NCBI GenBank assembly: GCA_965644265.1
Contig: OZ286471.1
Span: 50,406,001-50,470,000 of the forward strand
DNA length: 64,000 bases
Source of the DNA: Glycera tridactyla
Taxonomy: Eukaryota
Direction of reading: 5' to 3'
Shown piece by piece: positions 51,115-62,945 of the stretch. Each line of letters begins with the position of its first letter. Positions within the stretch are counted from its first letter, which is position 1. Under the pieces are notes generated by a model. The model saw only the letters and a program-made list of their open reading frames with translations. It made no database searches and had not been told where the DNA came from. The translations under genes and the position numbers were made by a program.

Positions 51115-52665
51115 GACTCACCTACAGCTAGTAGTACACAACATGACAAGCATAACAAACATGAAACTAACTCACCCACTCGCGCACACGAAGCCACTCA
51201 CGAGAAACTGACATCCCCTCAATTTGAGGACGAACTTGATTCCCCCTTGAAGCGCACTGGTGAACCAACTTCCGAGTCAGAACCTGGCCGTGCATTTGAT
51301 GTTCCCCAACTCAAGCATGTTTATGATAAAATGTCGAGTAATTTCACTACATCTATTGGGAAGCTCAGGAAAGAACTCTTAATGCAAATGGACGAGAGCT
51401 TACGTGATTTTCAAGCTGCCATGAACAATCTCATCAAACATGAAATTGCTAGAGCTTTTCAACAAAAAGTACCTGATATGGTCCGCATAGCCACGGCAGC
51501 TGACGTCAAAAATACGATAGATCCCATCCTCCATGACCGTATTAAGCCCCTCGAAGCCTTGACTAACAATACTGCAACCACTGTGCATCAGCATGAACAG
51601 ATACTGAATGACCTACAACGGCATATTGACGAGACCATCGATAGGAAAGTCATCGAGAAAATGGCAAACCTATCTACCTCATGTAACTGTAATGAAAGAT
51701 TTGACCGAATTAGTGGCGTGGTTAATCTCCATGGAAATGAAATCTGTAGGCTTGATGGTGACATGGACCAAATCCAAAAGAATGACCGCCTATGTGTGGT
51801 AATATTTGATGGCTTGGAACATAAAAGGGGGGTCCCACTCCACCAGCAAGTCTACGACGTAATCACAAACTCCCTGAAGGTTGAACTTCGACTGAAAGAC
51901 ATAATACATGCACATAGATTTGGACCTGATGGTAAAGATGGGCTCCCAAAATCAGTGATGGTTCGTCTCTCCTGCCCCGCTATTAGAAGGGATGTAGTCA
52001 GAGCTAAGGGGCTTCTTAAGGGAGGCAGAATCTTCATTAGAGAACACCTGACTAATTACTCTAGCAGCATATACTATCAAGCACGTGCAGCCAAACAGAA
52101 ACGACTGCTGCACAGCACCTGGACCCAAGATGGCTCAGTTTATGCTCTCACGACTGCTGACAGCAGACGCACAGTCATCAATAGTTACGATGAGATCATG
52201 AAACTCAATAGAAGTAAAAATCAAGGGGACAAAAACCATGGAGACCAAAACGGCTTTGAGACTGTAGTGAAGCAACAAGATGGCCTAAATGCACCACCTA
52301 AACAGGCAAACTCCAAGGCGCCACCACCTACACAAGCTAAGCCACCACCACCACCTGAACCAATGCTTCCCGAAAATAACGAATCAGGACTACCCGCAAA
52401 CCCCCGTTCAGTTCGAGCTAACCCTCCAGGGAGGAAACAAAAGTCGCTACTCGAAATGATGAGTACACCAGGCAATAAAGCTGGCACCCTCCCACGAGCG
52501 AAGCCAAAAAACGAGACGAGCAAACTCGCCCTCCCGAAACCTACGTTCGGCAATGCCACCAGAGGTCGTGGTAGGGGTTTAACACATGCGACGATCGTCG
52601 GCGCACCTGGCGCGAATCAAGTCCATACGAATAACATGTATGGCATATTTGGTGCTTCCACCTAG
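51115..52665 (+). pseudogene. LINE ORF1, 3' half (516 aa): coiled-coil plus RRM/CTD-like RNA-binding region
   Basis: Frame is open from 51115 (no stop before the listed TTG at 51247). Heptad-like helical region, then VVIFDGLE...IIHAHRFG...KSVMVRL...LKGGRIFIREHLT...WTQDGSVY, typical of LINE ORF1 proteins. Confidence 0.85.
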
Positions 52666-54196
52666 ACAATCAACAGTCATGGCGTACATGTTGTGACCCA
52701 TCAAGACCTACCAGCGACTTATCGACATAAAATCCATGAGTACCTTTCTAAAAGTATTACACACCCCGAATGAGGTGTGGGATATTTGACTCATACCATT
52801 TATTAATAAAGTAGGAAAGTCAAATTGAGGCTGAGAAGATTGCGGCAGAACATAATGAAATCAAACATGAGCACTGTCCGATTTTCACGAGACGTCGCAT
52901 ACTAAATGCCTATGGTAACCCCAATGTCCTATTTATAGGCTCGAGTCAGGTGGAACAACTGGAGGATTTCCATATATATCTGATACACGGACACACACGC
53001 ACCGCAACATGACTGATTATATGGGAAAAACAATTCAGAACTCGAATATGAAGTTAAGGGCATGCTGAACGACATGCTGATATGATATTCGAGTGCTAAA
53101 GTATGCTATGTCCCCATTTAAAGGTAGCCAACTTGGTCCCCTCATACCAAATCATTTGCACTCAGACTTGACTTAGTTGTGACCCGTGACTTGAGACTTG
53201 CTGGCCATCACCAAGTGGAAGCTATCTACAGTAATTGAATCTTCAATAACATGTTTACTCTTGTGAGCAAGCGCAAGAGAAAGCAAAACCAGTATGGGAG
53301 TGTTATGAGAGGCATGATGGCACTTGACAACGTCCATCTGTGTGACACAAGCTATATCGGGCTGTCAAATAGCATCGTGGGGCAACTACTTGACATATGG
53401 GAAGGACTAGCTGGTAATGTGGACTACTTAGGCCCGTTGTGAACCAGACCAGACATCCCCACAAATGGACACAGGCGGACATTATCTGTCTCTGTTTCCA
53501 CCTAGCAATGACAGGAACATGTTCCCTACTTGTCACAACATCTATTGCCATCTGAAGGAATTACTAGTCACCTACTTTGCCACATAGTTGAATGTCTCAC
53601 AGTGCATATCTGAACTGACTCATAGCCAATCAGCTCTTCCATAAGTAATCAATATACTGATGCTGGCAGCATTCTGGATGGACGTTGGTTGGTCAGTAGC
53701 TTCTAGTTGCCTGATGGCTGCCTGATCTATGAAGCATCGACCTAATGTCCTGCCTGAATGTTGCCTACATCTACATCTATGCCTACATCCTCGTTTTCTC
53801 ACCTGTGCACTTCGCCCAGAATTGTAAACATATGATTCGTGGTTATTCATGTTCAATCTCCCAGCCGAACAATGATACTATGATTGTGGGACACGCCATC
53901 TTTTGACTCACGGCTCCGTGACACTAATCGCCGTATACCCCAAGAGTGGACTACAAGTTCAAGTAATCTATCTCATATCGCTCATATCGCTCATATAGTT
54001 CATATGGTGATAACTAGTCATACAATAGAACCTATCCTGCACTTGATGGCGATGAGAATATTGATGCTACTATATACTGACCAAATACCCAGTGTTGCCT
54101 GCCCCAAATTGCCCTGATGCAATAGTGACCATATCCATATAACACATAGCCAATAAGTGCAATTCTAATATTTATTCTCTCCCCGCTCTCGAATAT

Positions 54197-57160
54197 TTGC
54201 CCAAACTCATTGCAGCAAACTTCAAATATGACCCGTCGGAGTCAATTTATGAAACTACCTCTACTACAGTAGCAGCTGCCAAACTCTCTCAATATCCTGG
54301 TATAACCTTGGCATGTCTGAACATCAGAAGTTTAAGCAAGAGCCTTGCCGATGTCAAAATCTTTCTTCGCCAAAGTGACCTAGACTGCCTGGGTTTAGTA
54401 GAAACCTTCTTGAATACGAATACCATAGATAGTTCCCTACAGATAGCCAACTATATTATGCACAGACTTGACAGAAACAACCAAACCAATAAGACATCAG
54501 GGGGAGGTATTTGCCTATATTGTAAGGACCATTACAATTTTAGTTTTATTACTGATTGGGATCTTATTTGCGATGACCTTGAACTATGTTGGTGTAGACT
54601 TAAATTACCACAGACCAGACCGACGTATATTGCAATAGCATATAGGCCACCTAGTGGCAATATCACTAACGCTTTAGAACTCCTCGAACACAGACTAGTT
54701 GATATATATAGCAACCGAACAGCCGACGTGTGGATTTTGGGTGACATAAACATCAACCTACTGACGAATACCCCTTCTACCAAGAAATATCGCAACTTCC
54801 TCAAAACCCTTCACCTGGACCAATTAATTACGCAACCTACAAGAGTGACAAGAAACACACAAACTCTGATTGATCACATATTAACAAATCATAAAGAATT
54901 GAACCATTCATATGGAATCTTGGACTTGGGGCTAAGTGATCACACATTAGTCTATACAGTCAGGAAAAAACGTAAAATAAGCAAAAAGGGCAGTTTTATC
55001 CAAATAAGAAACTACAGGGATGTAAATATCAATAGTTTCAATCAAGCAGTTAGTGAACATGACTGGAGAGAACTTTTTGCCAGTGATTCAGTTGACAGAT
55101 GCTTAGAAATCTTCTACAATAATCTTATACCTATCTGCAATAGTTTCTGTCCGTGGAAAAATATACGCGCTCGCGACGAAAGGCCAGGATGGGTCAACAG
55201 TGAATACTTGAGCCATGTAGACAATAGAATCTATAGAAGTAAATGCTTCAGGCTTGATCCAACAGAAGAAAATGAAAGATTGAAAAAGGAATCACAACGA
55301 AACACAAATAGACTAAAGAAATCACTACAAAGAGAATATATCAGTAGTAAGCTTACCAATGTGTCTGATAATCCAAAACAACTATGGAGATTGATTAGGG
55401 AATTTTGGCCCAACAATAAGAGCCATACCACGATAAATAGAATCCAATCGGAAACGGACCAAAGTAAAATCGCTAACTTGTTAAATGAATTTTTCAGCAC
55501 CATTGGTCAAAAACTCAATGATGAATTCGACAATGACACATCTCACAACGGAACAATGTATAATGGAAATGTTAACATGCATACACCATTTACCTTCAAG
55601 CCTATACTTAAGAAAGAAATAACAGACATCATAAACAAAATGTTCGCATCCAAGAGCACTGGTAATGATGGGCTACCACCCACAATTATCAAATGGCTCG
55701 CCAATTCGATATCACCTATATTGGTACACATTTTCAATTTAAGTCTGTCAAATTCCACTTTCCCACAACAATGGAAGCAAGGTATCATTACTCCACTTTA
55801 CAAAGAAGGGCGTAGGGACAACCCATCAAATTACAGACCAATTACGGTCCTTGCCCCACTGAGCAAAGTACTTGAAAGACTTGCACATAATCAAATATCT
55901 GACTATCTTGACAGGCTTAATATTTTATGTGTAGAACAGGTGGGGTTCAGGAGGGGGCACTCCACTGTGACATGTCTGCTCCAGTTCTTGGACAAAATCT
56001 ACCTAGGACTGGAGCGGGGATGTCCCAGTGGAGTCCTCTTCCTGGACCTGCGCAAAGCCTTTGATACGGTTAATCATAGTATTTTATGCACGAAAATCCT
56101 CACCATGGGCATCGGACCAGTAGCCACAAATTGGATAAAATCTTATCTAGCTAATAGAACCTGTCGAACAAAGGTAAATGGTGTCTTATCAGATCCTCAA
56201 GTTGTCAATTGCGGTGTGCCCCAGGGTTCGATCCTGGGGCCACTCTTATTTACAATGTATGTGAATGATCTACCGCATCTATTTGATAATCCCAATGTAC
56301 ATCTATATGCTGATGACACTGCGCTATCCTATACATGTAATAACCCTGATGAACTTCAAAATATGTTAAATTATAATCTTGCATTAATAGGAGATTGGCT
56401 CAAGTGCAATAAATTGGAACTCAATGTGAAAAAAACTAAATACATGCTTTTTGGTACTCCAAAAATGTTGAAAACATTTGAAAATGTAGTAGTCGAGTAT
56501 GGGGGAGACAATATTGACAAAGTAGACCAGTTTAAATATCTTGGACTGATGCTGGACAATGGACTAAAATTCACTAAGCACGCTGAATATGTAAAGTCCA
56601 AAACTATTGGTAAGGTTAAATATCTCGGTAGACTGAGGCCTGTCATAAATCAGGAAACCGCTCTCATGCTCTACAAAAGCCTTGTCTCCCCCATATTCGA
56701 CTACTGCAACATAGTGTATGATAATCTCTTACAGAGAGACTCCAATATGCTCCAGAGGATTCAAAATTATGCAGCACGGATGATCCTCATGAGTGATAGA
56801 ACTACCCCTAGCTCTGTACTTCATGAGGAACTTAAACTCGACAAACTAAGCACCAGGCGGAAAAAACATGCAGGGGATTCTGTATTTAAAGCGTTAAAAA
56901 CTAACACTTTGCCCTGCAATATACGGAACATGTTGAAATATGTATCACTACGCCATAATAGAACCACAAGAACTGCCTCTAGGAATAATTTACAGATCCC
57001 ACGGCTAAGACTCACCAAATCAAAGGGAAATTTCATGTACAAGGGTCCCCACCTTTGGAATGATCTCAATTGTCAACTGAGGGAATCATGTTCGGTAGAC
57101 GTATTCAAGAAGGGAATTGGCAAAATAAGCAACCCATGGCAACTCGGCACGGTAACATAG
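54197..57160 (+). CDS. LINE ORF2: APE endonuclease + reverse transcriptase, ~987 aa, uninterrupted
   Basis: CLNIRSL, LVETFL, AYRPPSG, LGDININL, TLIDHI, LSDH; NYRPI, FLDLRKAFDTV, GVPQGSILGPLLF, LYADDTA, FKYLG. Starts at TTG; the first in-frame ATG is at codon 88. Confidence 0.93.
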   Translation: MPKLIAANFKYDPSESIYETTSTTVAAAKLSQYPGITLACLNIRSLSKSLADVKIFLRQSDLDCLGLVETFLNTNTIDSSLQIANYIMHRLDRNNQTNKTSGGGICLYCKDHYNFSFITDWDLICDDLELCWCRLKLPQTRPTYIAIAYRPPSGNITNALELLEHRLVDIYSNRTADVWILGDININLLTNTPSTKKYRNFLKTLHLDQLITQPTRVTRNTQTLIDHILTNHKELNHSYGILDLGLSDHTLVYTVRKKRKISKKGSFIQIRNYRDVNINSFNQAVSEHDWRELFASDSVDRCLEIFYNNLIPICNSFCPWKNIRARDERPGWVNSEYLSHVDNRIYRSKCFRLDPTEENERLKKESQRNTNRLKKSLQREYISSKLTNVSDNPKQLWRLIREFWPNNKSHTTINRIQSETDQSKIANLLNEFFSTIGQKLNDEFDNDTSHNGTMYNGNVNMHTPFTFKPILKKEITDIINKMFASKSTGNDGLPPTIIKWLANSISPILVHIFNLSLSNSTFPQQWKQGIITPLYKEGRRDNPSNYRPITVLAPLSKVLERLAHNQISDYLDRLNILCVEQVGFRRGHSTVTCLLQFLDKIYLGLERGCPSGVLFLDLRKAFDTVNHSILCTKILTMGIGPVATNWIKSYLANRTCRTKVNGVLSDPQVVNCGVPQGSILGPLLFTMYVNDLPHLFDNPNVHLYADDTALSYTCNNPDELQNMLNYNLALIGDWLKCNKLELNVKKTKYMLFGTPKMLKTFENVVVEYGGDNIDKVDQFKYLGLMLDNGLKFTKHAEYVKSKTIGKVKYLGRLRPVINQETALMLYKSLVSPIFDYCNIVYDNLLQRDSNMLQRIQNYAARMILMSDRTTPSSVLHEELKLDKLSTRRKKHAGDSVFKALKTNTLPCNIRNMLKYVSLRHNRTTRTASRNNLQIPRLRLTKSKGNFMYKGPHLWNDLNCQLRESCSVDVFKKGIGKISNPWQLGTVT

Positions 57161-57530
57161 TTTCTAGACCTGATATAGACTGACAATGGCTCCGACTTCT
57201 GTTTCCTAGAACGCTCGTTGAAGAGAAGTAGACCTAGTCCCAGGTCATATCAAGTCATGCCTATATAATAGGCATTATCCAACTATCCCAACCCTATCCT
57301 ATCATCAGCAATGAAACACATGCAGAGGAAATTATGATGGATGAATGTGTGAATGAATGAGTGAATGGCTGTTTATTATTTAGGTAATGAGTGAGTGAAT
57401 AAATGTGTGTATAACTGTTTATTTTTTAGGAGATGTATGTGGAGTAAATGGGTCTGATTGTAACCATAAGAATGTGTGAATGAATGAAATTAAATAATTC
57501 ATGACTTGTACATATACCTGCCACTAGTGA

Positions 57531-57668
57531 TCCAGGCACTCGTGTATGCTGGATAAAGCCCAACGGGGCTAATTGCATATTGTGAATACTTGTATGTACT
57601 TGTATATATGTTGTATTTGATTACGAGGATAAATAAAGATGATTGTATTGTATTGTATTGTATTGTAT
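57531..57668 (+). terminator. LINE 3' end: stem-loops, AATAAA and (ATTGT)n tail
   Basis: tccag...ctgga stem (57531-57553), agccc-aacg-gggct hairpin (57557-57570), AATAAA 57632, pentamer tail. Confidence 0.7.
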
Positions 57669-58800
57669 GCTTGAAAAAGTTCTTAATCAAATTTAATCAG
57701 CATGAGCAGCGAATAGCCGTCATCGGAAAATGTATTTGAAGCCAGAATATTAGGAAATTGAGAGAATTGTATCTTCCGCGGTGAAAATTTTTGAAGTTTC
57801 TTTTCATTGATGAGTCCCTCGGTACCCCACAGAATTGTGGGGATGGTTTCTCGCCGAAGGACGATGTCAGTCGCTATTCGAGACGCATTGTATTCATATG
57901 CCGGTGATTATGAAACATTCATTGGATCGCTTGAAGCGTTCAATCAAAGACAGAGTTTTGTTATATATGATGAATTCTAGTATGCAGATATGATATATCT
58001 CCAGTCTTGTACCTGACTATGTTGCATAACTGTGATCCACTTGTATATGCCGAATTATGTACAGTATGACAACGTCTGATACGAGCCATTCATTTGCGTG
58101 ACTTTAGAGCTCCGCTGTTCGAAGTGATCACACGTATTGCCAGCGCAACAGGAAGAATAACAACCACCGTGTCCACAATACCAATGTGAGTGATAATTAT
58201 GATTGGCATTGATCACAGCTATCACCATGACCACCAGGACGATTACAAAAATAGCAACCATCAGAAACACGACTATATGGACATTACCAACAACAGCAAC
58301 ACCAGGATCAACAACTGCAATACTTTCAATATGGTGTCTCTTATTCCTAGAAGAAACAGGCTGATGGGGGGAGATAGACTATGGAGTTAAGAAATAGGAA
58401 TAATGGGTGACAGTCGCTGGCAGGATGACAACAAAGCAAGTACATCTGTCTGGCTTCCCACTCCTGATGGCCATGACAAACCCAGCATCGTGCTATTCTT
58501 TCATGGCTGTTGCGTGATGCGGTCCCGTCAGGCACGTACAACGATTAGCATCACTCGTTCGAGATGACACCTGGTATGACACCTCATTCTAGCCAATTTG
58601 TGTCGTCAGTCTCAATCCTCCCACAGCCCTCGTCGCCAAAGTGTGAATGATCTTATGATGATGAAAGTGCTCATATGCAGACGCTCTCTTAATGTGATTT
58701 CTCTACCTTTATGAGACCCTGATTCACTACGGTTCCGACGGCAGAGATGAATTATTTCAGCCCGTCCCGAATCAGTGAATTGGGGAAGGATGATGAGGAC

Positions 58801-58860
58801 GATGGTGATGGTGATGGTGATGGTGATGGGGATGGTGATGGTGATGGTGATGGTGATGAT
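58801..58860. repeat. (GGTGAT)n microsatellite
   Basis: Direct reading. Confidence 0.9.
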
Positions 58861-59109
58861 GTGACAGATTGTGACAGGAGACTGCTTCACTTTTCAGAAA
58901 AAAGACGGCTACTTGTGCACCAAGGCGGAAAACATCCTGCTTGAAGGAAGCTTGCATTCCTTCCTAATTCATTTTGTTGAAATTAATCACGGTCTCGACT
59001 TGGCTGCTGATGGCTTACTCCATTTGAGTGCTTGTCACATTCCTCAAAAAGACAGCCATTTCCGGACGGCTACTTTAACATTCTTCCTCAAACTTTCCTA
59101 AAATCCGGC

Positions 59110-59375
59110 TGCCCCTACTCTAGTTTTCTTCATCTCTTTCCCTTCGCCTTCACTTCTACTTTCCAATCTTTCTTTCCTTTAACTCGAACTTCTAGCACTC
59201 CTGATGTCTTCCTTTGTTTCCCTCCATTTGCCCTTTCCTCTCGTTGCCGTCCTCCCATCTCATTTTCCACCACTCTCCCGACTCTGTCCTTTCTACATTT
59301 TTCTCTTTCTTTCTATCTTTTCTTCTTCGTCTGCATTTGTCTCTCTTTGCCTCACACTCAAGCTCTCACTCACAG
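59110..59375. repeat. Decayed pyrimidine-rich (TC-type) low-complexity tract
   Basis: Strong T/C strand bias over ~270 bp. Confidence 0.7.
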
Positions 59376-61702
59376 ATGAACACACACAAATTTGCTGTAT
59401 GACCCATCTGTCTTCCAACGAATCACATGAATTGACCCAGTATGGCTACTTCAATCTTACCATCTGCATTAGACCATTGGGTAAAATAACCAGTAAATGA
59501 CTAAACAACCAAACAACAAATCTAACGACCATTCACCTACTGGCAATGCAGCCATGGGAGCACCCAATCACCCAACTTGCCAATTCCGGACCACAGCTCC
59601 CTTCACTTAATTACTACACCTATGGTCGACAAAGAGATAATTGGCACTAGACACTGAATATGTTGAATATACAAAAGCATCTGTCTCACCAAAGTGGACA
59701 CGAGTTTCTAGTGGTATCGGAAGCGAATCGATAGCGGCTATCTCCGGCGACTGTTGACATTCTCTATTCTGTCTCATATTTCGAGATGTTCTGACATCAG
59801 CAGCATTTCAGAGTATGCGCACACGTCGTGTCAACTCATCGCTTCTTTCACCAGGCCGTTCACTGTGTCCGCTTTAGGTGTATATATGACTCAAACTATG
59901 AAACTTGTTCGTCGAACATAGAGTATTGCGTTGCTTTTAGACGTTACCGTGATTTTCATGCGTTGCATGCAAACATCTGCCTTTAGTATGACATCCACTA
60001 CACTGATGTCAGGCATTTGCCGAATTGCTTATCGTCGATATCCACGATACATGACATGGACATGAACTATTATCTAGTTTGAGTCGCTATATTGCTTTCA
60101 GGGCGTCAATGGTTTGCATGTCGTATCAGTCTCTTTTATACGTTGCTGTCAAATAGTCAATTGATCTCAGGCATCGGTCAAATAACTGATTGTCAATATT
60201 CACAGTACGGAGCGCGAACATGAACTATCCTTGCCGAAAGGAAGGTCGTTTCTTGGTGCGGAGAATCTCTCACTCCAGCGATAGATTTATTTACGGCCAG
60301 GGATATTGCATTAACTGTGAGTTTGCTAGGCTTGACATAATCTGGAGAAGACCGTCTAGGGCATGATGAACTACGAACAATGCTGTTACCCAGCGGGGGC
60401 GGGGTCACTGAAGCCTGCAGAATGGCTGATGCAACATAGCACTAATCTTACCCGAAGAAAGCCCATCTAATTCCGACGCACACTGATCCTACAGAAGAGT
60501 GGGTCGATTCATAATATATCCCATCACTGAATATAGCTGAATCTGTTCATGAATCACGATGATATTATCAGTATTTTACTCACCACCAATTTGACAACAT
60601 CTGCAATTCTCGGTTCATGGACACACCAGCATTGTGAACTCCGTTTGTTATTTTGGCCATATATTTACTTCGGCCATATATTTACTACGATTCGATTCGA
60701 TGCGAGAAATAGTTTTCATCCACTTCATATTTAGCCTACAAGTTACAGGATTTGACTTATAAGATTCATAATTATCGAGATTTCATCTCGAGTCAGGTAT
60801 CTCGTCAAGGTGTTTCCTGATAACCAACTCCAATAGGGCTGGACAATTCGCAACGAAGAAATAGATTTTGAGGTGATGGGTGCATGCAACTCACGGTAAG
60901 GAATGATGAGATATTTGCCAGATCGGCATACCTGATACAATCGAAACATGAGCATCAATGTGCACATCGAGAGAATTGCACAATTGGCCTCCCTGAAACT
61001 GCTAGAATGGATGGTTGTATGTGTCATCGTGGGGGCAGTGTTGTTGAAAACTGTTAGTTATTATATCCCTACATTGATTGAAATCCTTATTTTCACTCAT
61101 TCAGGAAACAACTTTGATAAGGGCCCACACAGGTTTTATTCATGTGATTATCAGCATGCGAGAAAGATTTGATTGACACATCAAACCTGGTACATGTACT
61201 ACAAAGTGAATTTCAGCTCGATGCAATCATTGTGACCGTGGTCAGAGGGTGGTCATCCCACTCAATCTCGACGATGATGGCATAAGTTCATTTGCAAGCA
61301 AATTCTCCAAAATAACTGTCAAGACAGGTGTCAGCCGAATTAGTGAGGATGCCAGGATGGTCGATACAGCTTACACCTTCCTCTGATCCACCCATATGCA
61401 GTCCTAATCCATCATATGATCACTCAAAGAGGCACACTAATCCAGCCTATATCTTTATTTCTGGGTATGGTTGGACCTGATCTGAGAGCAGTCTTACATC
61501 ATCGATAATCTGCTAGGAGCGGCCACTCCCTGGAATTGACTATTGTAATAGTAGTGGGGACCAGTGCGAATAAGGATCACCGGGTTCTTATCCAATTGAT
61601 GAGGTGCAAGAAGCATATGTAGTGCCATTTTTCGGCATTGCTATTGTAATCTTTCCATACGCGATATTGAATCGTATTCCTCAACAGATGAGACACAATT
61701 TG

Positions 61703-61777
61703 GTAGCAGTAGCAGTAGTAGTGCTAGTAGCAGTAGTAGTTGAAGTAGCAGCAGTAGTTGCATTAGCAGTAGTAGTA
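61703..61777. repeat. (TAG/CAG)n degenerate microsatellite
   Basis: Direct reading. Confidence 0.85.
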
Positions 61778-61963
61778 CCGAGTGGATAGGTCCTGTATTC
61801 ACGTCAAAACCCCTGATGTCAATCGCATTATCTTTAGTCGATATCTAGAATAACAATTCTAGAACCTAGAACTCATCAAGCCTGTCAACCTAACAGTGAG
61901 TGTGCGCATGTGTGTGCGTGTGTGTGTACGCGTGTGTTCATGTGTATGTTTGAGAATGATGCC

Positions 61964-62203
61964 TGGATGGATGGATGGATGGATAGATGGATAGATGGAT
62001 AGATGGATGAATGGATGGATGAATAGATAGATGGATGGATAGATGGGTGGATTGATGGTTAAGTGGATGGACGCACGGATGGATGGAGGGAGCGAGGAAG
62101 GGGTGGGTGAAGAGGGGAGCGGTGGATGGATGGATGGATGGATGGATGGGTGGATGGATGGATGGATAGATGGGAGGTTTGATGGATGGATGGATGGATG
62201 GAT
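61964..62203. repeat. (GGAT/AGAT)n microsatellite
   Basis: Direct reading; interrupted near 62085-62120. Confidence 0.9.
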
Positions 62204-62590
62204 ATGTGGACAGAGGAATAGTGCTCTTGTGCGTTATACTTGCTCATGCATCCACTTGTATTGTTTCATACTATATAGAGTGTTTTGTTGTGGTTCTCAG
62301 TGAAAATCATACTTTCCATGTTGAAGCCGACGAGACTGACTGACTATGAATGACCACACAGAGGAGGAGAAATGGATGGGTTGGTGTCGGGTCGATTTTG
62401 GAGGGATTGGTGGATGGATAGAGGAATAGTTGGATGGGTATCAGATGGATGGCGGAGAAATATGAGGGTAGCTCATGTCTACCTGTGTTGTTATTGTTGT
62501 TGTCATGTGTGTGTGTGTTTGTGTGTGTGTGTAGGGGATGAATGAAAATATAGGTGTTATACACAGCTCTCACCTTTCTTTCATGCAAGG

Positions 62591-62945
62591 GTCGATGAAG
62601 CTGTCAGTCAAACCTTGCTGAGCCTCGATCCGTTGCTCGTGGCATGGCAGATGAACTCGTACTTGTACATGACCAATTAGCACCATTGTGTCCACTCTTG
62701 GAACGTTTGGCACAAAACTGGAGTAATTTACAAGCTGGAAATACTTGCATCTGCTATATGTCAGTATATGAAGTCGATGAAGCTGTCAGTCAAACCTTGC
62801 TGAGCCTCGATCCGTTGCTCGTGGCATGGCAGATGAACTCGTACTTGTACATGACCAATTAGCACCATTGTGTCCACTCTTGGAACGTTTGGCACAAAAC
62901 TGGAGTAATTTACAAGCTGGAAATACTTGCATCTGCTATATGTCA
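62591..62945. repeat. Tandem duplication, 182-bp period
   Basis: gtcgatgaagctgtcagtc... at 62591 and 62773. Confidence 0.95.

Larger units (their letters stand above)
43363..57668 (+). mobile_element. CR1/L2-group LINE, near full length, interrupted in ORF1 by the Ngaro element
   Basis: Split ORF1, 1.5-kb inter-ORF spacer, uninterrupted APE-RT ORF2, 3' UTR with stem-loops, AATAAA (57632-57637) and (ATTGT)n tail (57642-57668). 5' boundary not determined. Confidence 0.88.

Noticed and set aside
43437-56646. Opposite-strand ORFs overlapping LINE and Ngaro ORFs (e.g. 43437-43862, 52221-52559, 54532-54804, 55231-55503, 56371-56646, 49015-49344)
   Set aside because: Antisense or alternate-frame shadows of real coding regions, without domain motifs.
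43299-57711. 13-bp match agcatgagcagcg at 43299-43311 and 57699-57711 as a LINE target-site duplication
   Set aside because: The 3' copy lies 30 bp beyond the (ATTGT)n tail rather than abutting it, and would leave only a 51-nt 5' UTR; suggestive, but needs an empty-site allele.
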